Notes: a model not told the origin generated them from the letters alone. DNA of 64,000 nt from an uncultured Acidobacteriaceae bacterium (GCA_964245665.1 CAXTNK010000001.1:3544-67543), one strand, 5' to 3'. Positions 1 through 9,874 are shown, numbered from the stretch's first letter. A program made the numbers and translations.

Positions 1-182
1 TGGCAGCGGGCGCACTGCCCTTGAAAGACTTCATGGCCGGCTGCTTCTTCCGGGGTGAGCGCGCTGACAGGCTTGCCCGGCGGCAGGTCCGGCTGGCAGC
101 CAGTCGCGCATAGCACCGCGACCATGGCTAATGACAGGAGCCCCGTCTTTACAGAGACGGCTTTCAGGGGTACGGGCTTCAC
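1..182 (-). CDS. c-type cytochrome lipoprotein, N-terminal ~60 codons only (gene runs off the left edge)
   Basis: Minus-strand reading from GTG 182 (alternative ATG 125) gives MKPVPLKAVSVKTGLLSLAMVAVLCATGC with a lipobox-like ATGC. It continues to ...EVFKGQCARC(H), a CxxCH heme-c motif exactly at the window edge. The GTG overlaps the TGA stop of the upstream HAD gene (GTGA). Confidence 0.45.
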   Translation of the reverse strand, partial: MKPVPLKAVSVKTGLLSLAMVAVLCATGCQPDLPPGKPVSALTPEEAAGHEVFQGQCARC

Positions 183-889
183 GGATGAGCCATAGCCGGC
201 GCGACCGTCCGCCGCTCCGGTGCGATCAGGTATTCCTGCAGCTGATAGAGATTATCGATGCGCGTCACGCCTTCAGGAATGTTGGGAATCTCGGGAATGC
301 CCGGCTCCTTGATCGCAAATACCTGCATGCCGGCAGCGACGCCTGCAAGGATGCCCGGCAGACTGTCTTCAATGACTGCGCAATGCTGCGGTGCGATGCC
401 GTAATGCCGCGCGGCGTGGAGGAACAGTTCCGGGTCAGGCTTCCATGAGCCGACTTCGTAGGCGCTGAAAATGTTGTCTTTAAAGAAATGCAGCAGGCCG
501 GTGGTGCCGAGCGTCAGCTCCATCTTGGAGCGCGGACCATTCGACCCCATGCAATACGGCAGGTGCATCGCCTGGAGCAAATCCAGCGCGCCCTCCATCG
601 GCTGCAGACGCTCGACCATGGCCGCATTCTGCCGCTGCTTCGTGTCTTCTGTGAACGTCGCCGGGAGAGGCGAGCCACGCATGACTTCCAGTTCTCGCAC
701 ACAGTCAGCCATGCGTGCGCCCTTGAAGCGGGTGTGCGCGTCTTCTGCCGTAATGTCGATGCCCTGCTCGCGTGCGCACTCCGCCAGCACGGCGCATGCA
801 AGGGGTTCGCTGTCGACAATGGTCCCGTCGCAATCGAAAATGACAAGTTGAATAGCCGGCAAATTTGCAGCAGCGTCAGAATTCTTCAC
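179..889 (-). CDS. HAD-superfamily hydrolase (subfamily IA, beta-phosphoglucomutase/phosphatase-like)
   Basis: LVIFDCDGTIVDSEP (DxDxT motif I), GSNGPRS, SWKPDPELF and IEDSLPGILAG match HAD-IA motifs. GTG start at 889. Confidence 0.85.
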   Translation of the reverse strand: MKNSDAAANLPAIQLVIFDCDGTIVDSEPLACAVLAECAREQGIDITAEDAHTRFKGARMADCVRELEVMRGSPLPATFTEDTKQRQNAAMVERLQPMEGALDLLQAMHLPYCMGSNGPRSKMELTLGTTGLLHFFKDNIFSAYEVGSWKPDPELFLHAARHYGIAPQHCAVIEDSLPGILAGVAAGMQVFAIKEPGIPEIPNIPEGVTRIDNLYQLQEYLIAPERRTVAPAMAHP

Positions 890-931
890 AGCACAATTGT
901 TTCATGACCCAAGGCATGCACGCCTTGATCG

Positions 932-1369
932 CTATATGCGATAGTGATCGGGCCGCCACTCTGTAATGGCTGCTTTGATCTGCTTACTGTCGAGATTTTC
1001 TTCGAGTACGCGCGCGGTCAATGCCATCAGTTGCTTGTCGCTGGCGAAGCGCAGGGCGATCAGCTGCGACTCGCTTAGTTCAGCAATCCGGTGATGCAGC
1101 AGCAACGGCAGAATCGTCATCAGCCGCAGACGTTCTTCCAGACGGATGACGCGGTCCTGCACCTTGAGCGGATAAGTCCGCACCTTCGCCGCAATAATCA
1201 GCAACGCGAATGTGCCGCTGAGCATTGCGAACGAAAGCAGGTCATGCCGTTTGAACACAAATGCCAGCACAAGCGTCAGCGTGATCAGCAGCAGGACAGT
1301 CAGTACGTAGTGATACCAGGGGTCGATGCTGGCATGATTCTCGAGGCTCTGCGGACGGCTTTGCGCCAT
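932..1369 (-). CDS. small membrane protein of unknown function (two predicted TM helices; resembles DUF6526-type proteins)
   Basis: ORF trimmed to ATG 1369, which has an AGGAGA SD about 9 nt upstream. Two hydrophobic stretches are present (YVLTVLLLITLTLVLAFVF and FAMLSGTFALLIIAA). The family name is from memory only. Confidence 0.6.
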   Translation of the reverse strand: MAQSRPQSLENHASIDPWYHYVLTVLLLITLTLVLAFVFKRHDLLSFAMLSGTFALLIIAAKVRTYPLKVQDRVIRLEERLRLMTILPLLLHHRIAELSESQLIALRFASDKQLMALTARVLEENLDSKQIKAAITEWRPDHYRI

Positions 1370-1507
1370 AGGGAAATCTCCTGATGTGAGCGTAGCATTG
1401 CCTCCGGCGGGCCCCGCGCCGGCAGCGATACTCACCGTATTTGACGTAGACCCGCGTGGTGAACTATGCCCGCCGCGCAGGAGCCGCGCGGGCTAATCTG
1501 CGCTCAC

Positions 1508-3118
1508 TCAGTCTTTGGCTATGATGGCTTCGACGATGGCGTCCATGACTGGCATCTGGGCGTTGTTTTCGGGGGTATGGTCGTTTACCAGGACGGAGAA
1601 GACGAGTGTTTTTCCCGAGGTAGTCTGCGCATAGCCGGAGATGGCATTTGTCTCATTCAAGGTTCCAGTTTTGGCGAAAACGTGGCCCTTCGACAGTGCG
1701 CTGGTAAAGCGTCCGGTGAGCGAGCCATCCACGCCGCCGACGGGCAGGGATGCGCGGAACGCTTCGCCCCAGGGCTGCCGGGAGGCGTAGGCGAGTAGCT
1801 GTGTGGCGGCGCGCGGGGTGATCAGGTCGCCGGTCGACAATCCTGACCCGTCGTAGAAGGTGAAGTCGCCGCCATCGATGCCGGCATTCAACAGGAACTG
1901 CCTGACGACGCGGGTGCCCTGCTCGAAACTGCCATCGCTTCCGTAGAGACGGCCAAGGGCGCGCAGCGTAAGTTCGGCATGCAGGTTCTGGCTCACCTTG
2001 TTGGTGACAGTCAGGTCCTCCGCGATCGGCGGCGAGTTGTGCGTGGCCAGTACACGGAAGCCTTTGGTGGGTGCGGTGATCTGCGTCAATGGGACGGGCC
2101 GCAGGGTCACCGGCTGATCACGCTCGTTGAAGAAACTCTGCGTGTCGACAGAGGCGCGATGACGCGCACTGGCTTGCCCGTTGACCTTCACGCCACGCGC
2201 CTGCAGCATTTCTGTCAGCGACTTTGCCGCATACTCGGCCGGGTCTTCGAGCGCGAGGCCGACATGGTAGCCATCGGCCGGGAGTGTTCCGTAGAGACGA
2301 ACCGCGAGTGAACCGGGGCTGCGATCGAGGCCGGGATGCGAGGCAGCTGCTGCGGGCGCAAAGGTCGCCGTGTTGTCGACTGTGTAATAGCTGGTCGATG
2401 GGTTCCAGACAGAATTCGTCACAGACGAAGTATTAATATGGGCAGCCATTGCGACACTAGGCAGCACATTCAGGAAAACCGCGTTGTCATTCACCGTCAA
2501 AGCAGACACCGGTGCGCCATACAGCCACACCAGGTCGTCGACGGCCCAGCCGGTGGCGTAGCGTTCGAGCGGGTAGAGACTGTCATCGCCAATCACGCTG
2601 CCATCCACTTCATGCACGCCCGCACGGACGATCTGGTCGGCCATGTCCTCGAGCGCGGCGAGCGGCGGGTTGGGACGGTCATTGTGCTGTGCGTACGGAT
2701 AGGCCCGGCCGGAGATGGTCGGATCGCCCGCGCCGAGGATAGCGAGTGCTCCATGCAGGGTTCCGGCGCTGTCGACGGTCCCCTCTGCCACGATGTTGGT
2801 GGTGTAGACGGCGTCCTGCGGAATCAGCGCAAACGCAGCACTGGTAGTGAAAATTTTGGCGTTCGAGGCCGGCCGGAAAAACTGAGCGTCATTCAGAGTG
2901 AAGACCGGCTGGCCATCCGTCGTCATGACAGAGATGCCCCAGTGCGCGTGAGCAACGGCGGGATTCGCCAGCAGGTTTTGGATCGTGTTCGCCAGGCTGC
3001 CGGTCGAGTGCTCTGCGGGATGGTGCGTAGCCCGGTGCTGGGCCGGCATAACGGTTGAAACGCAAACAGCGAACAGGAGGAGAGCAGAGCGTCGCAGCCG
3101 TGGGTGCGCAAGAGCCAT
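1508..3118 (-). CDS. dacB: D-alanyl-D-alanine carboxypeptidase/endopeptidase (PBP4, peptidase S13)
   Basis: SxxK motif inside FRPASNAKIFTTSAAF and family-typical length. Start trimmed to ATG 3118, which gives a signal-like MALAHPRLRRSALLLFAVCV. The longer ORF would overlap folP. Confidence 0.85.
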   Translation of the reverse strand: MALAHPRLRRSALLLFAVCVSTVMPAQHRATHHPAEHSTGSLANTIQNLLANPAVAHAHWGISVMTTDGQPVFTLNDAQFFRPASNAKIFTTSAAFALIPQDAVYTTNIVAEGTVDSAGTLHGALAILGAGDPTISGRAYPYAQHNDRPNPPLAALEDMADQIVRAGVHEVDGSVIGDDSLYPLERYATGWAVDDLVWLYGAPVSALTVNDNAVFLNVLPSVAMAAHINTSSVTNSVWNPSTSYYTVDNTATFAPAAAASHPGLDRSPGSLAVRLYGTLPADGYHVGLALEDPAEYAAKSLTEMLQARGVKVNGQASARHRASVDTQSFFNERDQPVTLRPVPLTQITAPTKGFRVLATHNSPPIAEDLTVTNKVSQNLHAELTLRALGRLYGSDGSFEQGTRVVRQFLLNAGIDGGDFTFYDGSGLSTGDLITPRAATQLLAYASRQPWGEAFRASLPVGGVDGSLTGRFTSALSKGHVFAKTGTLNETNAISGYAQTTSGKTLVFSVLVNDHTPENNAQMPVMDAIVEAIIAKD

Positions 3119-3196
3119 ATGAACGCGAGTGTATCGCGGCGGGTAGCCTTCGTCGGCGCTAAAGCGTGGTGCAGGTCTACAACTTACAATCGCCGT

Positions 3197-4090
3197 ATGC
3201 CCATCGCCAAACGCACGAAGAAAACGTGGCATCTGCGCACGCGCGCGCTCGTCCTGGGAGAGCGGACGGCGATCATGGGCGTGCTCAACATGACGCCGGA
3301 TTCGTTCTCCGATGGTGGTCTGCATACCTACCCGGCGGTGGCTGTGCAGGTCGCGCTGCGTATGTTGGACGAGGGCGTGGACGTGATCGACATTGGCGGT
3401 GAATCAACGCGGCCCGGCAGCTATGCCAGGCCGTCGGCTGCTGAAGAGGCTGACCGGGTGCTGCCGGTGATCGAGGGGATACTGAAAGCCCGGCCGGAGG
3501 CGCTCCTCTCTATCGATACGTATCACGCGAGCACGGCGCGCCTGGCAGTAGCGGCTGGCGTTGAGATTGTGAACGATGTCAGCGGCATGATGTGGGATGA
3601 CGCAATGGCGGCGACCTGCGCCGAACTGGCCTGTGGCGTGGTCCTGATGCACACGCGCGGGAGGCCGGAAGAGTGGAAATCTCTGCCGCCGCTGAAGCAC
3701 GACGACGTGGTTGCGATGGTCATCCGCGAACTGGCAGAGCGGGCAGCGGCGGCCAGGCATGCGGGCATCGAGCCACAACGGGCGGTGCTTGATCCAGGCT
3801 TCGGCTTCGGCAAGGCGTTTGAAGAGAACTATCCTCTGCTGGGCCATCTCGAAGAGCTGGGGGCGCTGGGGTTCCCTGTTCTTGCCGGCGTGTCACGCAA
3901 AGGGTTTCTGGGCCGCACGCTGGCTCGTCTGCATGGAGGGAAGGACGTTCCGGCAGCCGATCGGGGCCATGCGACTCTGGCTGCTATGACGGCTGCAATC
4001 CTGAATGGGGCGGATATCGTGCGCGTCCATGATGTGAAAGCTGCGGTTGAGGCTGCGGCGATTGCGGATGCGGTGCTTGCGGCCGGCTAG
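3197..4090 (+). CDS. folP: dihydropteroate synthase
   Basis: MGVLNMTPDSFSDGG, DIGGESTRPG, NDVSG, DPGFGFGK and SRKGF are the canonical DHPS pterin-binding motifs. Start trimmed to ATG 3197. Confidence 0.95.
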   Translation: MPIAKRTKKTWHLRTRALVLGERTAIMGVLNMTPDSFSDGGLHTYPAVAVQVALRMLDEGVDVIDIGGESTRPGSYARPSAAEEADRVLPVIEGILKARPEALLSIDTYHASTARLAVAAGVEIVNDVSGMMWDDAMAATCAELACGVVLMHTRGRPEEWKSLPPLKHDDVVAMVIRELAERAAAARHAGIEPQRAVLDPGFGFGKAFEENYPLLGHLEELGALGFPVLAGVSRKGFLGRTLARLHGGKDVPAADRGHATLAAMTAAILNGADIVRVHDVKAAVEAAAIADAVLAAG

Positions 4091-4198
4091 TATTAGCGGG
4101 CTCGCAAATTTGTACGCGTTGGGATGACAATTCCCAAGGTTGTATGTCAGGACGCATCACCGCTGTCCGCGCAGAACCCGCCGGCGGCATACCAGAAA

Positions 4199-4753
4199 TT
4201 AGTGCTTACGCTCATTGTCCGGCATGCGGCTCGCTTCGAAGCTGACGATGCGCCACTGGCCATTGCGCCGATTGTAGACGCGGGTGTAGCGATAGCGGCC
4301 GCTGATGTCCGTACCGCCGTTCGTCCCGGCAACTTCGGCGCGGCTGGTGACGACGGCGGTGTCGCCGTAGACGCGGACTTTCAGGTCACTGAGATCGAGT
4401 TGCGATAATTTGGTGGTGCCGCTGCGCCGCATGGCCAGTAGATCGGCCTTGGTTTCGAGGGTGCCATTGGCGGTGACGCCGAGATAATCGTCGGCCAGCA
4501 GGTGATCCAGTTCGGTCACATTTGAGGCTAGAAGGGCCTCGCGCCAGTCCTGCTCCAGCGCTTCAACTTCCTTATGCATGGAGGCGCTGTCATGATGCGT
4601 AAAAGGTACTGGGACGGCTGCCAGGAGAGTGCCGGAAGCGGGCCAGGCGATTACGCCGAAGAGTAGAAAACCTGCCGCAAATCCGCGCGCGTGAAGAAGA
4701 GACCGCCGGTGATTGCACCATATTGGCATCCGCGTCTGGATGTTAGTCCGCAT
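4199..4753 (-). CDS. secreted NTF2-like / DUF4440 (SnoaL-like) domain protein
   Basis: Hydrophobic N-terminus (FAAGFLLFGVIAWPASG). The core ...DWREALLASNVTELDHLLADDYLGVTANG...VVTSRAEV...RYTRVYNRRNGQWRIVSFEAS is typical of the DUF4440 fold. Exact start is uncertain (M1 or M9). Confidence 0.7.
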   Translation of the reverse strand: MRTNIQTRMPIWCNHRRSLLHARGFAAGFLLFGVIAWPASGTLLAAVPVPFTHHDSASMHKEVEALEQDWREALLASNVTELDHLLADDYLGVTANGTLETKADLLAMRRSGTTKLSQLDLSDLKVRVYGDTAVVTSRAEVAGTNGGTDISGRYRYTRVYNRRNGQWRIVSFEASRMPDNERKH

Positions 4754-4987
4754 CCGATTTCCCCGTCAAAGCCAAAGCCTCGAAGCGGCGATTTACGCAG
4801 CGAACGGGTGATTGGCGAACCTGAGCTAACATCTTTCGCCGATCAACCGCCATGCCAGCTTCAGAAAAGAATAAGGGCATTCCTCTGCTGAGATGCAATC
4901 AAGCTTGATCGCGTAAAGATTAGGCCTGCGACGCAGCAGTCCGGGCAATACCACTTCAGCATAGCCTGGCGTCCAACAGCAAAATGT

Positions 4988-5275
4988 TCAGGCGACCGCG
5001 GTCAGGTTCTCGCTGGCACGTTCCTTCATCAACTGGTAAAGGCCGCCGATGGCGTACTTCTTGAAATGTTCGCTGGCACGGTGGGCTTCGAGCGCCGCCT
5101 CGTCCACATATTGTTCGTAGATGAGGACGGTTTCGGGATTTCCCTCAACAAAGTGGGGAATGTAGCTGACGCAACCGGGCTCGGTGCGGGACGCGAGCGC
5201 CAGTTCACGCAGCATGTCCGCCAACTGGGCATGATCTTCGGGCGCAAAACGAAAACGAACAGTAAAGCTGACCAT
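4988..5275 (-). CDS. antibiotic-biosynthesis-monooxygenase (ABM) domain protein, putative quinol monooxygenase
   Basis: 95 aa. The pattern FTVRFRF...EPGCVSY...IYEQYVDEAALEAHRASEHFKKY is the YgiN/ABM ferredoxin-like pattern. Confidence 0.8.
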   Translation of the reverse strand: MVSFTVRFRFAPEDHAQLADMLRELALASRTEPGCVSYIPHFVEGNPETVLIYEQYVDEAALEAHRASEHFKKYAIGGLYQLMKERASENLTAVA

Positions 5276-5391
5276 GATTCCTCAATCCGCCATGCTGAAG
5301 TTTAGAAAGGGCCGACGCAGCTGGTACGTCGACCCGTGGTTGGATGCCTGGGATTGGATGCTTGCATTCTCTCGAAAGCCAAAACAGGTGC

Positions 5392-6708
5392 TCAGGCGTG
5401 GAGTTCGTTAAGAGCTGCTGCGAACTCCGGCAGATCCATTGTCTGGTCGCGATCGGGCCCAGTCGAAACCATGCCAATCTTCGCGCCGGATTCCTTCTCG
5501 ATAAACCGTAGATAGGCCTGCGCCTCGGCAGGCAGGTCCTCGAACTTCCTGATGCCTTCAGTCGATGTATGCCAGCCTTTCAGCTTCGTATACTGCGGCT
5601 CGATCGACTCGATGCCCCGCACATCAGCCGGAATGACATCGGTTGTCTTGCCGTCGATCTTGTAGCTGGTACAGACCGGGATTTCATCGAAGGCGTCGAG
5701 GACATCCATCTTGGTGACCACCAGCCACTCGGTGCCATTGATGCGATTGGAGTAGCGGAGGAGCGGCAGGTCCAGCCAGCCGCAGCGCCGCGGACGGCCG
5801 GTGACGGCGCCGAACTCTGCACCGCGTTTGCGAAGTAATTCGCCCTCGGCATTGTCGAGCTCAGTCGGAAACGGGCCTTCGCCAACGCGTGTCACGTAGG
5901 CCTTGGTGACGCCGATCACGGTGCCTATCTTCGTCGGTCCGACGCCTGTTCCAGTAACCGCGCCGCCTGCCGTCGCAGACGAAGATGTGACAAACGGGTA
6001 GGTGCCGTGGTCGATATCGAGCAGCGTGCCTTGCGCGCCTTCGAACATCACGCTCTTGCCGGCATCGATCGCGTCATTGAGCAGCACAGCCGTATCGGTC
6101 ACGAACGGCCGGATACGTTCGGCGGCGGCGGCGTAGTCGTCGAACATCCGCGCCGGATCGATCGGCTCGCTGCCGAAAAGCGCCTTCACGATAGCGTTCT
6201 TCTCCGTGCAGGCGGCTTCGATGTGCTTCTTGAGGATCTTCGTATTCAGGAGGTCGACGACGCGCAGCCCGCTGCGGTGCATCTTGTCTTCATACGCCGG
6301 CCCGATGCCGCGGCTGGTGGTGCCGATCTTCTGGCGTCCGGGCGCGCTCTCTGAAGCCAGTTCGATCATCCGGTGATACGGCAGAATGACCTGCGCGCGG
6401 TTCGAGATGAAAAGTTGCCCGCGCACATCGACGCCGAGTGTCTTGAGCTTGTCGATTTCGTTCAGGAAGGCCATGGGATCAAGGACCACGCCATTGCCGA
6501 TGACCGCCTGGCAGTCCGGCCGAAGAACACCGCAGGGCACCAGCTGCAGAACGAACTTCTGCCCCTTGATGATGACCGTATGGCCGGCATTATGGCCGCC
6601 CGCATACCGGGCTACGACCGCGAAATTGCCTGAAAGGACATCGACGATCTTGCCCTTGCCTTCATCGCCCCACTGGGCACCGAGAATGACTGCAGTTTTT
6701 GCGCGCAT
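5392..6708 (-). CDS. purA: adenylosuccinate synthase
   Basis: VILGAQWGDEGKGKIVD P-loop, GGHNAGHT, TTSRGIGPAYEDK and GWLD are present. Start trimmed to ATG 6708 (MRAKTAVILG...). Confidence 0.97.
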   Translation of the reverse strand: MRAKTAVILGAQWGDEGKGKIVDVLSGNFAVVARYAGGHNAGHTVIIKGQKFVLQLVPCGVLRPDCQAVIGNGVVLDPMAFLNEIDKLKTLGVDVRGQLFISNRAQVILPYHRMIELASESAPGRQKIGTTSRGIGPAYEDKMHRSGLRVVDLLNTKILKKHIEAACTEKNAIVKALFGSEPIDPARMFDDYAAAAERIRPFVTDTAVLLNDAIDAGKSVMFEGAQGTLLDIDHGTYPFVTSSSATAGGAVTGTGVGPTKIGTVIGVTKAYVTRVGEGPFPTELDNAEGELLRKRGAEFGAVTGRPRRCGWLDLPLLRYSNRINGTEWLVVTKMDVLDAFDEIPVCTSYKIDGKTTDVIPADVRGIESIEPQYTKLKGWHTSTEGIRKFEDLPAEAQAYLRFIEKESGAKIGMVSTGPDRDQTMDLPEFAAALNELHA

Positions 6709-6897
6709 CTGGTCCGAAAGTGCTCTTCTCTTTAGAAAATGGTCGCAGCACACATCTCCCCGGCCCGTAAGCTTTCGAAGCACAGGTCTGGAAGATTTTG
6801 CGTGGAGGTATGTACCGTCGCCGTCCTTGATTCTATAACGTTGAAGCCGCCCGCGAAAATTGAGCGGACGGCGCTACGAGTTGCGGCTTCAACTGCT

Positions 6898-7695
6898 CTA
6901 AATCTGCGAGCAATCCAGTGGTTTCAGGATGAGGCTGGTGATGTTGCTGACGATCTCCTCGTAGTTGTAGCGCGAAGAACCGGAGAGCTTCTTCCAATCC
7001 GGATCGGCGGCGAACGCCGTCCAGTATTCGAGCAGGTGCGCCGTATCCGGGCCGCTCAGCATGTAGGTGAGATTCGGCAGACGCGGGCCGATAAGCGTGT
7101 CGGCGTAGAAGACAGAGTGAAAGCCGGCCTTCTCAAAAATTGCCGGCTCGCCATGATTGAACATCTCCACTTTGCGGCCATGAGCGGCCATGCTGGGGCT
7201 CTCATACTGGCGGAGTTGAAACACGCGTTTTTCCTTGTTACCTGAGCCCGGCGGAGGCGTGAGCTTGGGCCAGCAGGCGAAGGCGGACAGCAGCGAGCTT
7301 TCGACACGCTGAAAGGCGGGCTGTTGTGCCGGCGCACCCCAGAACGGCTCAGCTGCTTTCATAAAGGCCGCGTCGTCGGCGAGATGGAAGTCGACGTTCA
7401 CCAGCGTGTCCAGAGAGGGGCTCGGGATCAGCAGGTAATAGCCAGGCTCTTCGGGACCGATGTCGATTGAAAATGCACCAACCGGCCCCATGCCCATGCG
7501 GGACAGCGCGGGGATGAGAGCGTCAGCAAAATAGGCCTGGGTCAGCTTGGTCTGCGGGCCGTTCTGCAGCTGGTAGCGGCGCAACTGGTAGTATTCGCCA
7601 GCCTTGGCCGGCGTCGCAGCCTGCGCATTCGACTGGCGCGTGACGGCTAGGGCGGAAGCGGCAAGAGAACTGGCGAGAAATTGGCGACGCTGCAT
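6898..7695 (-). CDS. NIPSNAP family protein with twin-arginine signal peptide
   Basis: MQRRQFLASSLAASALAV is a Tat-type signal. There are two NIPSNAP-like halves (YYQLRRYQL... and VFQLRQYES...). Confidence 0.75.
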   Translation of the reverse strand: MQRRQFLASSLAASALAVTRQSNAQAATPAKAGEYYQLRRYQLQNGPQTKLTQAYFADALIPALSRMGMGPVGAFSIDIGPEEPGYYLLIPSPSLDTLVNVDFHLADDAAFMKAAEPFWGAPAQQPAFQRVESSLLSAFACWPKLTPPPGSGNKEKRVFQLRQYESPSMAAHGRKVEMFNHGEPAIFEKAGFHSVFYADTLIGPRLPNLTYMLSGPDTAHLLEYWTAFAADPDWKKLSGSSRYNYEEIVSNITSLILKPLDCSQI

Positions 7696-7825
7696 GAGTA
7701 TCCTCCGGGTCTTGCGGGATTCTATCGCAATAGCGAGGCCAGCGGGTCAGCGCAGAGCCTGGAGTTTTCAGGGGAACGACAACCCGCGTGCCAGTCCGGG
7801 GCGCCCTGGTTACAATGAGAGATAG

Positions 7826-8278
7826 ATGCGGCTCCGAGCCATCCTCGCCTTCATCACGCTGTTGCTTCTTATCGCTGCGCCCATGCAGGCAGAGAGGTGC
7901 GCCATGCATTGTGCATCCGCCATGAATGGTGCCGGCAGTTATCCGGCGGAGAAACATGGGATGACCGGCCCCCATGCACATTGCACGATGAGCATCGCAG
8001 CATCCGGTTCGACGACCAGCTTTGCAAAGGCTCCAGGGTCGCAATGCCATGAGGATTGCGGCATTGCTGCTAAGTCAATCTGTCCGCGCGATGACGGACA
8101 ACTGACCGCTCTTCCGTCCGCAAACTACCCTGAGGATTCCGCGACTGCCGGCAGTGCCTCAACGGTGAATCTGCCGGCGTTCTCGCCGCCTATCGGTAAG
8201 GCGATGTACCGTGTCAGATCATCTTCTGGACGCCTGCCTTTACCTGCGCAGTCTCTATCCATCAGTTTCCGAGTCTAG
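7826..8278 (+). CDS. secreted Cys/His/Met-rich small protein, unknown family (candidate metal-binding)
   Basis: Clear signal peptide MRLRAILAFITLLLLIAAPMQA/ER. The mature part carries CAMHC, KHGMTGPHAHCTM and QCHEDC...C. The SD is weak, and the C-terminal third is compositionally poor, so the stop position may be unreliable. Confidence 0.5.
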   Translation: MRLRAILAFITLLLLIAAPMQAERCAMHCASAMNGAGSYPAEKHGMTGPHAHCTMSIAASGSTTSFAKAPGSQCHEDCGIAAKSICPRDDGQLTALPSANYPEDSATAGSASTVNLPAFSPPIGKAMYRVRSSSGRLPLPAQSLSISFRV

Positions 8279-8380
8279 ATTTTCCTGGACCCGTCCGGCG
8301 CCGCTCGTCTGCGAGCGCCATCCATTCCCAGCACGATCCATTCTTAGACCCGCGCCTGCGCGCGCGAAGGAAATTGATCC

Positions 8381-9733
8381 ATGCCCTATTGTTCCGTCGC
8401 CCTGGCGCTCATGCTTGCCGCCGGATCTGCGTATGCCCAGCAGCAAAGTATGCCCGGCATGCAGATGCAGTCAGATGATCCCATGATGCAGCAGATGCAT
8501 CCCCAGACATTCCTCGAGCAGATTCTGCATCACGCCGCATCTGGAACAAGTGCGGAACCCAACTCCACGCCTGCGCCTATGCTGATGGAGATGAAGGGAC
8601 CGTGGATACTGATGTTCCACGCGAATGCGTTTGTAGTTGATTTGCAGCAGACCAGCCCGTCTTCTATCGAAAGCAGGGGTGGGGACAAACTGTTCTCCAC
8701 CAACTGGTTCATGCCCATGGCGGAACGCGAACTTGGTCCGGGACAGCTGACCCTGCGCGCCATGTTTTCGCTCGAGCCGGCGACCATTACCGATCGCCGC
8801 TACCCGCTGCTTTTCCAGCAGGGAGAAACGGCATTCGGCAAGCCGATTGTCGATGGACAGCACCCGCATAACCTCTTCATGGAACTGGCCGCGCTCTACG
8901 ATTTGAAGCTGGGCAGCCGCGCGCTGCTGTCGTTCTATGCTGCGCCTGTAGGTGATCCGGCGATCGGACCGACAGCTTATCCGCATCGCGCGTCGGCAAT
9001 GGAAAACCCGGTTGCCGCGCTCGGCCACCACCAGGAGGACTCAACGCACATTGCCTATGATGTCGTAACTGTTGGAGCGACGTATCAGTGGCCAAAGCTG
9101 GGGCCGAAGCTGGGCGCGCGTATCGAAGCCAGCGGCTTTCATGGACGCGAGCCCGGCGAGAACCGTTGGACCATCGAAGCCGGCGCGATGGATTCATGGT
9201 CAATGCGCCTGACCCTGCAGCCCGCGCAGAACTGGAGTGGGCAGTATTCCTACGCGCGCATCGCAAGCCCTGAGGCGTTGTTTCCGACCGAGGACCAGGC
9301 GCGCACGACTGCGTCCATCCTGTACAACCGGCCGTTCAGGCATGGCAACCTGGCCAGCACTGCTTTGTGGGGCCGCACCCGCTCCCTGCAGGATGACGAC
9401 AAAGAGAACAGCTACCTTTTCGAGAGCACGGTGAATTTCGGCACGCACAATTATGCTTTCACGCGGATCGAGAATGCCGGGCGCTCGAATGAATTGCTCA
9501 ATGGCGAAAATCCTCTGCCAGCCGGATTTACGGAGCGAGCGATCGGCCACGTGGCTGCTTATACGTTTGGCTATGATCGCGATGTGAAACTGCTGCCGCA
9601 TGTCTCATCCGCGCTGGGAGCACAGGTTACGACGTATGGCTTACCAGGCGTCCTGCAGCCGATTTATGGGACCGACCCAGTTGGTGTCGCCGTGTTCCTG
9701 CGCCTGCGACCCATGTCCAAAGACAATCCTTAG
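8381..9733 (+). CDS. predicted outer-membrane beta-barrel protein with Met/His-rich N-terminal segment, unknown family
   Basis: GAAGGAAA SD. Signal peptide ALMLAAGSAYA/QQ, followed by SMPGMQMQSDDPMMQQMHPQ...HH. The C-terminal two thirds shows alternating amphipathic strands (WSMRLTLQP, YSYARI, YLFESTVNF, YAFTRIEN, VAAYTFGYD, VAVFLRLR). Confidence 0.6.
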   Translation: MPYCSVALALMLAAGSAYAQQQSMPGMQMQSDDPMMQQMHPQTFLEQILHHAASGTSAEPNSTPAPMLMEMKGPWILMFHANAFVVDLQQTSPSSIESRGGDKLFSTNWFMPMAERELGPGQLTLRAMFSLEPATITDRRYPLLFQQGETAFGKPIVDGQHPHNLFMELAALYDLKLGSRALLSFYAAPVGDPAIGPTAYPHRASAMENPVAALGHHQEDSTHIAYDVVTVGATYQWPKLGPKLGARIEASGFHGREPGENRWTIEAGAMDSWSMRLTLQPAQNWSGQYSYARIASPEALFPTEDQARTTASILYNRPFRHGNLASTALWGRTRSLQDDDKENSYLFESTVNFGTHNYAFTRIENAGRSNELLNGENPLPAGFTERAIGHVAAYTFGYDRDVKLLPHVSSALGAQVTTYGLPGVLQPIYGTDPVGVAVFLRLRPMSKDNP

Positions 9734-9874
9734 AGAAGATGCCGAAGGTGGTGGGTATCGGGCTGGCGGAGTCTCAACCATGTGCTTCGCTCACCTCTGC
9801 GTTCCTAGACCTGTGGAACTTTAAGGGGGACAGATGCGTAAGCCAATTCATTCCAGTTATGAAAAGAGCTACCG

